DNA of 64,000 nucleotides from Nitrospiria bacterium (GTDB lineage Bacteria; Nitrospirota; Nitrospiria; DASWJH01), in the NCBI GenBank assembly GCA_036397255.1, contig DASWJH010000046.1, positions 5,020 through 69,019 of the forward strand, read 5' to 3'. The position numbers and the translations under genes are program-made. The notes beneath the pieces were generated by a model. That model was given only the letters and a program-made list of their open reading frames with translations, was not told the DNA's origin and searched no databases. Below are positions 1 to 7,010 of the stretch, in pieces; the stretch's first letter is position 1; each line of letters begins with the position of its first letter.

Positions 1-514
1 GATTCACCAGGAGAATTTTGGCCCCCAGGCATTTTTCCAGCACGGTCGATAAATTTCCCACCTGGTCAACAAAGGTTCCGTGGCCACTTGATCCTATTAC
101 CAACAGAGTTCTACCGGTACCGTGCTTTTCTTTTAATTTTCTAATTCGACTCTGTGCACCAGGTCCACGCTTCGGAAAAAAAGATACCAATCCCGCGCCG
201 ATTGCCATCTTGGCAAGGGCCCTGTCCTGAAGACTTCGGCGGATGTAGTTGAAGAAGACAATCAGAAAAACCGCCACCCCTATTTCTAGGGACAAAAGAG
301 AAATCTTTTCCTTCTCCACTCTGCCCCAGTAAGCGAGGAAACTCCGGGCTACCAGCGGTAAAGACAAGGCAATCCCAGCACTCAGGATAAGGATCACAAT
401 GTGATAGCCAATCCCTGCAGTGTTGGTGATGACATTTCGGATATTCGTGACCACAGTTTTTAAGATCAAGTTACCTCTTTCACGTTTTGTAAAAGGAGAG
501 ACAAGTTCATTCAT
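1..514 (-). CDS. Polyprenyl-phosphate sugar phosphotransferase (WbaP-like), N-terminal part; 3' end lies beyond the window start
   Basis: Manual minus-strand translation from the ATG at 514..512 reads MNELVSPFTKRERGN..., then two hydrophobic TM segments, then RTLLVIGSSGHGTFVDQ (CoA-binding-like Rossmann motif seen in sugar transferases). The reading frame stays open to base 1. It is missing from the ORF table because it is truncated. Confidence 0.4.
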   Translation of the reverse strand, partial: MNELVSPFTKRERGNLILKTVVTNIRNVITNTAGIGYHIVILILSAGIALSLPLVARSFLAYWGRVEKEKISLLSLEIGVAVFLIVFFNYIRRSLQDRALAKMAIGAGLVSFFPKRGPGAQSRIRKLKEKHGTGRTLLVIGSSGHGTFVDQVGNLSTVLEKCLGAKILLVN

Positions 515-1009
515 CAGATTAAAAAACCCGGCCTTTCTCCCACCACCTAACCAATTGATAATGTTCTCAATTTTATGATTTCACCCCAAAAGGGAGGAGT
601 GGGTAAAAAAAAACGTAAGCGTCCTCTCCTAATCATTGGGGTCTCCGCCCCCAAAGTAGAGAGGGTCTTACGCAATGCTCGTTAAGATACCACAGAATGA
701 GCACTGAGGCAAGAGTTGGGAACATTTTGGCCTAGACCACCGTAAATTCGAAAATTTTTAGAGGTACCATCCAACAGACATTTCAACAGAGCTTTTGCGA
801 GAGAGGAATAGAAAAGATAGACGCTCCGTTCCTATAGATTAATTGGGGCAGGTCTTGAAATAAAAAAAAAGTCGGGTATAGATTCTGATTAAACGTGTGG
901 GGTGGAACCAAGTTATATGATTGAAATAGTTTTAAGAGAAGTAAATAATAGGGAATAATGTTGTCCTAAATGGGAATGGAAAGACAAAGGAAGCATTGGT
1001 GGTGTTTAA

Positions 1010-1405
1010 ATGAAAAGTAATTCAATGATTAAAAAAGTTCAAAAAATAGCCGTGGACGTTTATAAGACTTTAGGGTCCGGGCACCCTGAAATCGTTTACG
1101 ATAAGGCAATGCAGGTTGGGTTTCGGCTTGAAAAAATAAAGTACGAGAGCCAAAAAGTAATTGAGTTGAAATATAAAGATCACTGTATCGGTGAGGCGTA
1201 TCCTGATCTTGTTATACATAATGGGCAAGAAAGGTTAGTGGTTGAGCTTAAAGCCGTAGGGGGTCAGATGGGTATTCCCGAGGAGCAACAACTCAAAAAT
1301 TATTTAAAAATTTTAAATTTTAAAGAGGGCCTTCTCATAAACTTTCAACAACCAGGAAAAAGGGACGGTAATACCGAAATTGAATTTAGGGAGGTCTTTA
1401 TTTAA
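1010..1405 (+). CDS. GxxExxY family protein (PD-(D/E)XK-like)
   Basis: The family signature is present: LGSGHPEIVY...AM...GFRLEK...Q..IELKYKDHCIGEAYPDLVI...ERLVVELKAV...QQLKNYLKILNFKEGLLINFQ. Confidence 0.8.
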   Translation: MKSNSMIKKVQKIAVDVYKTLGSGHPEIVYDKAMQVGFRLEKIKYESQKVIELKYKDHCIGEAYPDLVIHNGQERLVVELKAVGGQMGIPEEQQLKNYLKILNFKEGLLINFQQPGKRDGNTEIEFREVFI

Positions 1406-1638
1406 AATCCATATCCTCCCTTGAAAAATGTATTTTTCCCCTTTCTATGCCTTTACCTGTCAGACATTCTACCCTTTTTTGTGCCGCTTCAGGGGTGTAG
1501 TCCATCCTTTGTCTTAAAGATCTAAAACGCATTGTTTTTTTAAATTTAACCGATGCCGGGTCGTTGACAGTCATGACAAATTGGTTTATAATTTGGACAG
1601 TTGTCATATATACATTCTCAATAAAATAGAGGTATTCA

Positions 1639-2085
1639 ATGAAACCCTTAACAATCAAAGAGCGTGATGAGCAAGCCGGGGAAATATTCAGAAAGGTCTT
1701 TCACAAAAAGCCTAAATCCAACATGGACGTGATTGAAATGAGTAAAGAGGGGATTTCCAAAGCATCCCTCATGAATTTTGTGCGTTTTTTGAACTTTTCT
1801 CCGGATCAGGTAGCGCGTATGCTTCCCATTACCCTTCGCACGATTCAGAGGTATTCCAGAAAACAGAAGTTCAACCCTACCGTTTCGGAGCACATTATTC
1901 AGCTGGTGTTTCTCGTGGGAAGAGGCATTGAGGTGTTTGGGTCCCGGGAAAAGTTCATGTCCTGGTTTAATTCTCCAAGTAAAGCCTTGGGAGGGAATGT
2001 TCCCAGCGGTTTGGTCAGCCTTAAAACCGGCGCTCAAATGGTAATGGAAGAGTTGGGTCGGATTGAGTACGGTGTATATGCATGA
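1639..2085 (+). CDS. Xre-like / DUF2384 antitoxin partnered with a RES toxin (ParS/MbcA-like)
   Basis: 148 aa. It sits immediately upstream of the RES-domain gene and overlaps it by 4 bp (ATGA). The C-terminal region is DUF2384-like. Confidence 0.7.
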   Translation: MKPLTIKERDEQAGEIFRKVFHKKPKSNMDVIEMSKEGISKASLMNFVRFLNFSPDQVARMLPITLRTIQRYSRKQKFNPTVSEHIIQLVFLVGRGIEVFGSREKFMSWFNSPSKALGGNVPSGLVSLKTGAQMVMEELGRIEYGVYA

Positions 2086-2546
2086 GGGAGGTTTATCGGA
2101 TTTCTCTCGCCAAGCATGCCCGGGACCTGTCCGGGAGAGGGGCTAGACTGATAGGAGGACGATGGAATAGAAGAGATACGGGGGTGATATATACTTCTGA
2201 ACATCGGTCCCTTGCTGCGATGGAGTATCTGGTCCATGTCTCCTTACCATACCTTCCGGCAGAAATCAAAATTGTCTCGATCGGTGTCCCCGACACAGGT
2301 ATTCCCAAGGAAATTGATCCCGCTAAATTGCCAACTGACTGGAACAGATATCCCGCTCCTTTTTCTTTAGCAGACATCGGGACACAATGGGTATCCAGCA
2401 TGGAAAGTCTTTTATTTCGGGTGCCGTCCGCGGTTGTACCCCATGAGTTTAATATCCTCATTAATCCTGCCCACCCCGAGATGAAGTCCGTCAAAATCCT
2501 CAAAGTTGAAAACTTCGAATACGATAGTAGACTTCACAAGAACTGA
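2082..2546 (+). CDS. RES-domain toxin (ParT/MbcT-like NAD+-targeting toxin)
   Basis: RES signature residues are present: GGRWNRRDTG (R), YTSEHRSLAAMEYLVH (E), and LFRVPSAVVPHEFNILINPAHP (S). Overlaps the upstream antitoxin gene by 4 bp. Confidence 0.8.
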   Translation: MREVYRISLAKHARDLSGRGARLIGGRWNRRDTGVIYTSEHRSLAAMEYLVHVSLPYLPAEIKIVSIGVPDTGIPKEIDPAKLPTDWNRYPAPFSLADIGTQWVSSMESLLFRVPSAVVPHEFNILINPAHPEMKSVKILKVENFEYDSRLHKN

Positions 2547-2576
2547 CCACAGGTAGGACGCCATTAATTTTAACCT

Positions 2577-2797
2577 CTGGATTCCCGCTTTCGCGAGAAT
2601 GACGACACACATTTAGTAGGATGTTACAGGTTCTTTTGTCATTCTCGAATGATCCCATCGGGAATCTAGAAATTAAAGTCTGTCGTTTTAAAGTTTTCCC
2701 CCTTTGGAAAAGGAGGTAGGGGGATTTTAAGATCCGGTTTTCCTCAGATATTGTTTCTAATCCCGTCATTCCCGAATGATCCCATAGGGAATCCAGG
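2577..2797. repeat. Cluster of three short palindromic repeat units of the GTCATTC(C/T)CG...GGGAATC(C/T)AG family
   Basis: Unit 2577-2606 (inverted orientation) reads ctggattcccgctttcgcgagaatgacgac. Unit 2637-2672 reads gtcattctcgaatgatcccatcgggaatctag. Unit 2764-2797 reads cgtcattcccgaatgatcccatagggaatccagg. Each unit has an internal hairpin. Confidence 0.7.
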
Positions 2798-3006
2798 TTT
2801 TACTTTTCCCCTCATTTATAAGGAGCGGAAGGAGGAGGTAGAGTGTTCCCCCCTAACGCCTAACCCCTTACCCTTCACGTTTTTTTTAAAGAAAGCCTCA
2901 AACCTCTCGCCTAACGCCTTCCTTCTCACCCCTTTCGTCTTTTCAAAATAACCCCCTTACCCATCACCCATTCCCCCTCACCGGGTTTTTAATAGGGAAA
3001 CCTCCT

Positions 3007-3223
3007 AATCAATTTTCTTGAGATATATTAAGTATTTCAATATACTTTTGGAGAGGAAAAATATAAATCTAAAAAGATCTAAATTGCATGGCTGACCCCA
3101 TCACTGACCCCATCATGACCCCATAATCAATTTTCTTGAGATATATTAAGTATTTCAATATACTTTTGGAGAGGAAAAATATAAATCTAAAAAGATCTAA
3201 ATTGCATGGCTGACCCCATCACT
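3007..3223. repeat. Two-copy tandem direct duplication with a 118-bp period, plus three short gaccccatca microrepeats at the junction
   Basis: Segments 3007-3105 and 3125-3223 are identical (aatcaattttcttgagatatattaagtatttcaatatacttttggagaggaaaaatataaatctaaaaagatctaaattgcatggctgaccccatcact). The unit contains the inverted repeat AAGTATTTCAATATACTT. Confidence 0.9.
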
Positions 3224-3270
3224 CGTGATCGATACAATCCTTTCTATCCCGCCTGCCTGTCGGACTCGAC

Positions 3271-3570
3271 TCACTTTTCCTTGGATATAACCTGATTTCC
3301 CACTCTTTGACAAAAAGGACACCTCAAATTATTTTCATCCTTTTGAAAATTGTATAAATCATAGACGGCTCCACAGTCGCTGATATAACAAGTGACACCG
3401 AACCGTTTATTCCCTTTCAATTCAGTTGAGATCCTCATTTTTCCGGGACAATCCGGGTCCGGACAGCGATACCTTTGGACTTCTTCATCTGTCGGAGGAT
3501 TTGTTTCGTTTTTTTTATCAACCCCGCAAAGGCAATTTTGGCAATGATATTTCATATCGAACCCTCCCAA
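3271..3570 (-). CDS. Small Cys-rich zinc-ribbon protein (hypothetical)
   Basis: 99 aa with four Cys pairs: CQNC, CPDPDC, CYISDC and CPFC. It shares the motif C-x2-C...C-x3/4-C-x2-VY with the 4327..4779 protein. Confidence 0.55.
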   Translation of the reverse strand: MGGFDMKYHCQNCLCGVDKKNETNPPTDEEVQRYRCPDPDCPGKMRISTELKGNKRFGVTCYISDCGAVYDLYNFQKDENNLRCPFCQRVGNQVISKEK

Positions 3571-3655
3571 TCATTTTTTTTTTACCGCCTCTATTATTGG
3601 GGGACAGATTTGCCTAAAGAGACTTGGTGTCATGTTTAGAAAATACCTTGAGGCC

Positions 3656-3768
3656 GTCATTCCCGCGCAAGCGGGAATCCAGGAATCAAAAACACTGGAT
3701 TCCGGCTCTCGCCCGCGAAGCCTGCCTTCGAATAACTCTATCGGGGAGCGGGTTCGGCCGGAATGACA
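3656..3768. repeat. Composite palindromic MITE-like element of the same GTCATTCCCG...GGAATGAC family
   Basis: The left arm gtcattcccgcgcaagcgggaatccagg is a perfect hairpin (TTCCCGC GCAA GCGGGAA). The inverted right arm ends in ccggaatgac. Both ORFs that overlap this element are probably spurious. Confidence 0.7.
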
Positions 3769-4064
3769 TGGATAAAATTCATGTTTTTTTAAGAACACTA
3801 GTTGAAACAGGAGGTATAGTCAATGACCAACATTGCCCTTTGGGATCTGAAAAGCGAATCGTCGAAAAGCGTTAAATTAGCGGAGAAGGGCGGAGGAAAA
3901 AATTAAAATTTAAACCCATAGCTTTCGGGGTTTAACCTGAAATTTTAAAACCGGGAAGAGCAGGCCTGTTTCGCTTTAAAGCCCTTGACCGGGCTGCCAA
4001 AATCCCTTAAACTTCGACAACCAATCGGATTCTTCAACAACCCTCCATGTTGAAAAAATCATTT

Positions 4065-4141
4065 GCCCCCGTAGCTCAGCAGGATAGAGCAGCGGTTTCC
4101 TAAACCGAAGGTCGCGTGTTCAAATCACGCCGGGGGCACCA
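4065..4141 (+). tRNA. tRNA-Arg (anticodon CCT)
   Basis: Cloverleaf parsed by hand: acceptor stem GCCCCCG/CGGGGGC, D-arm GCTC-AGCAGGATA-GAGC, anticodon arm GCGGT-TTCCTAA-ACCGA (anticodon CCT), variable loop AGGTC, T-arm GCGTG-TTCAAAT-CACGC, discriminator A and an encoded CCA. Confidence 0.85.
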
Positions 4142-4326
4142 CATGTCCCCCTAGCCAAGTTTGACAAAAACCGAATTCTGGGATAAATATTTTGTGAATC
4201 GGGTCCCGCGTTTTTTATTTTGGAGACCGATGCGAAGGAAGCGAATCCTGTCATTTTGTATCTTCTTTTGACAGACGCTTCCAAATCTTGCCAAAATTCC
4301 TGCTTTGTACGTGAAAGATTACGGGC

Positions 4327-4779
4327 GTGATTAAAAGCAAGAGATCTCTGACATCCCGGGAAAAATTCTTTTTTTTCCTCTGGCTGACCTCCCTCATGGG
4401 ATTGCTTTTCTCAAATGTCCTGGATCGATATCTCTCCCATGAGATGATCCAAACGGTCAGTCCGTTGCTCTGGACAAAAATCGCGGTGTTGCTTTTTTTG
4501 GTCTGCTCGGTATTAGTCATCGTGGTTGAATATCAAACGTATAAACTGCAACCCAAATTCCAGTTCATCAAAAACCTCGGACTGACCAGGGATGTCCATT
4601 CGGGGGAATATATTTGTACGGCCTGTCATTCCAAAAGTGTTCGTTCTCCCCTGAAAGAGCGTCAATATGCTTGGTTCTGTCAAACCAAGGGCTGCAAGAC
4701 CGTTTATTATAAACCGGGCCATGAACCGGACCCCAGCAATAAGGATATCCTTGGGGGAGGGTGGGTGCGTGATTATTGA
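4327..4779 (+). CDS. Membrane-anchored zinc-ribbon protein (hypothetical), paralogous to the 3271..3570 protein
   Basis: The N-terminal half has two hydrophobic helices. The C-terminal part reads CTAC...CQTKGCKTVYY, matching RCPDPDC...CYISDCGAVYD of the neighbouring small protein. Confidence 0.5.
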   Translation: MIKSKRSLTSREKFFFFLWLTSLMGLLFSNVLDRYLSHEMIQTVSPLLWTKIAVLLFLVCSVLVIVVEYQTYKLQPKFQFIKNLGLTRDVHSGEYICTACHSKSVRSPLKERQYAWFCQTKGCKTVYYKPGHEPDPSNKDILGGGWVRDY

Positions 4780-5077
4780 TTAAAAGATTTTTTCCCTCCC
4801 GGTGGGTTTTTCGCCCCTTTTCCTTTCTGTCTTAACCTTCCGTTGATCATTCCCTTAAGAACTTTCCGTTGATTAAATACAACGTTTTCAGGAAAAAAAC
4901 CACGCCCATATTCCGTGGCGAAACGTTTTTTCCACCAATAAATTTAAATCGTTCCAACTAATTCCCATTTGAACATATTTAAAAGTAATAGATTATAAAC
5001 CTATTATTTCATTGAGAATATGACAAAAACCCCTAAGTTGACACCCTGTCAGCGGGTGATAAATTTAAAGTGGGGCA

Positions 5078-5764
5078 ATGGCTGTCCTGCAATTTTTAAA
5101 ACATCAACCGCTTTTTTGCTGGGTGAACCCTTTGAAGATTCTAACTCTTTTATTGGCAACCTTTTTTCTGTTTCAAGGATACGGTGTGGAGGGTTTTGCC
5201 CAAGGGACCGCGGATATCATGCACCGGGCACACGGCAAAAAACAGCAGGACCTTCTTATAAAAACGTTTGAGGATATATTGATTTCCGGAAGGGAAGGAG
5301 ATTGGGAAGCTGTAGAAAATTCCATCGCCCGAATCGATGACCGGGTAAAGAAATACGACAGAATATTCGGCACCCGTGTCAGAGATAAACTCGGACGGTC
5401 CCTGGCCGATAAAAATCAGGGAGAAATTCTGAAGTACCTTGCCCAAACCATATTCCTGGGGATTAAAGAGCAATTCAAACTCATTATGGATAGTGACCAG
5501 GAGGACTATCTCGATTCGAGGGCTCGATTGGATAGAGCAAAGGATTATTACCTTAAAATTCTATCCGGCAATATCAAAAGACGTGACCTTGATCGGCACG
5601 TGAAAATCGAAGGACATTTTCTGCTCGCACAGGCATCACTGGGGAATCCGGGTGTTTTTATCGATGTGCCGGTCATGGAAGGGGATATCCGCAGTTTTCA
5701 GCAAGCGGTTTCCGAAATTGAAACAGAAGTCATTCAGGTGTACACCTATTTCAACGATGACTAG
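5078..5764 (+). CDS. Hypothetical secreted or periplasmic helical protein
   Basis: Signal-peptide-like N-terminus (LKILTLLLATFFLFQGYGVEGFA). No recognisable motif. The true start is uncertain. It lies just upstream of the porin gene. Confidence 0.4.
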   Translation: MAVLQFLKHQPLFCWVNPLKILTLLLATFFLFQGYGVEGFAQGTADIMHRAHGKKQQDLLIKTFEDILISGREGDWEAVENSIARIDDRVKKYDRIFGTRVRDKLGRSLADKNQGEILKYLAQTIFLGIKEQFKLIMDSDQEDYLDSRARLDRAKDYYLKILSGNIKRRDLDRHVKIEGHFLLAQASLGNPGVFIDVPVMEGDIRSFQQAVSEIETEVIQVYTYFNDD

Positions 5765-5805
5765 GAAGGAAGACTTAAGATTTTAATAAACCTTCAGGAG
5801 GAGAA

Positions 5806-6936
5806 ATGAACCCCCGACGGTATATTGCGTCAGGCTTCGTCCTCATGTTTTTTCTGGGTATGGGTTTGCCGCAAATTACCCATGCCCAGGGACAGGATGG
5901 GGATTTCACATTCGAGGATGTTTTTTCCACCCGGAAGAAAAAGGAAAAGGTAACCTTCCATGGATATGCGGCCTTCCAGTTTTTTGACCGAGAAGTGCCA
6001 GGTCCCGGGGGGAACAATAGTTTTGATCAGCACATTTTTGAACCGTTTTTCGGTTATCAGATCAATGATCATGTTTTTGCCAAAATCATTATAGAGTTTG
6101 AGCATGCACCTGAAAGAACGGATGACAAGCAATATGCCGAAATTTTCATCGAACAAGCCGAAATCGACATTACACCATGGGAAGGGACAACATTCGCATT
6201 TGGAGCGGTGTTGGTTCCGTTTGGGTTAGAGAACTATTTCCATTCCCCATCGGATAATCGGTTGATCACACGTCCACCTTTGGTTAAAAGCGGCGCAAAC
6301 GGTAATTCTATTCTCAACAATACCTGGACCGATGTGGGGGTACAGATCATACAGGACATTCCAAAAACAGGGACTATGGATTTTTATGTTATTAATGGCA
6401 GTGCGGTACAAAACAAGGACAGTCGGGGAAGGGATACGGTTGGCTCCAATGCTAATTCAGGAAAATCTTTTGGGGCTGAAATTCAGGTCACCGAATTGAT
6501 TCCGGGACTGAATTTTGGTTTTTCTTACGTAACCGGTCCTCATGATACCAACAATAATTTGGAGTCTTATCGATTCGGTTTGCATGCCTTTCTCAAACTG
6601 GGATTTGCTTATTTGCAAGGGGAATATTTATTGGGGACAGATGAAGGATTAGGAACCGCCAGTTTTGATCGGGATGTCTCGGGATACTATGTTCTGCTTT
6701 CCCTGGTTCCCCCTCTCCCTGCGCTTGATAACCGGGTGGATTTTAATGTTCGTTATACGGATTGGACCGCGGATGACAATGCCAAAAATGATTTTTCGGA
6801 GATTGCGTTTGGTCCTCGTATCCAAATATATAAAAACACGTGGATCAAAGCAGAATATCAGATCAACAACGAAAATGGGAATAATGTGGAAATAGACAAT
6901 AATCAAATAGGGGCCCAACTGACAGTCCTATTTTAA
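5806..6936 (+). CDS. Outer-membrane beta-barrel porin (phosphate-selective porin O/P-like)
   Basis: Signal peptide ending ...ITHAQG. The sequence shows an alternating amphipathic beta-strand pattern and ends in a C-terminal Phe (LTVLF), which is typical of an OMP. Confidence 0.55.
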   Translation: MNPRRYIASGFVLMFFLGMGLPQITHAQGQDGDFTFEDVFSTRKKKEKVTFHGYAAFQFFDREVPGPGGNNSFDQHIFEPFFGYQINDHVFAKIIIEFEHAPERTDDKQYAEIFIEQAEIDITPWEGTTFAFGAVLVPFGLENYFHSPSDNRLITRPPLVKSGANGNSILNNTWTDVGVQIIQDIPKTGTMDFYVINGSAVQNKDSRGRDTVGSNANSGKSFGAEIQVTELIPGLNFGFSYVTGPHDTNNNLESYRFGLHAFLKLGFAYLQGEYLLGTDEGLGTASFDRDVSGYYVLLSLVPPLPALDNRVDFNVRYTDWTADDNAKNDFSEIAFGPRIQIYKNTWIKAEYQINNENGNNVEIDNNQIGAQLTVLF

Positions 6937-7010
6937 ATATATTGGGCTGAGCTTTTTTTCGCCTCATTTTAAGAACATTCAAAAATCTTAGAAAGGAAAT
7001 TGTCCTATAA

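Noticed and set aside
18-230. ORF 18..230 (+), 70 aa
   Set aside because: It is antisense to the better-supported edge-truncated sugar-transferase CDS on the minus strand.
2751-2951. ORF 2751..2951 (+), 66 aa
   Set aside because: It begins inside a palindromic repeat unit, is C-rich low-complexity sequence, and has no RBS.
3571-3875. ORFs 3571..3798 (-) and 3624..3875 (+)
   Set aside because: They overlap each other across the composite palindromic repeat at 3656-3768, which creates symmetric open frames on both strands.
4142-5000. An integrase or mobile-element gene adjacent to tRNA-Arg that would define a genomic island
   Set aside because: I found no integrase, recombinase or transposase ORF on either side of the tRNA, so the region is called an accessory patch rather than a defined mobile element.
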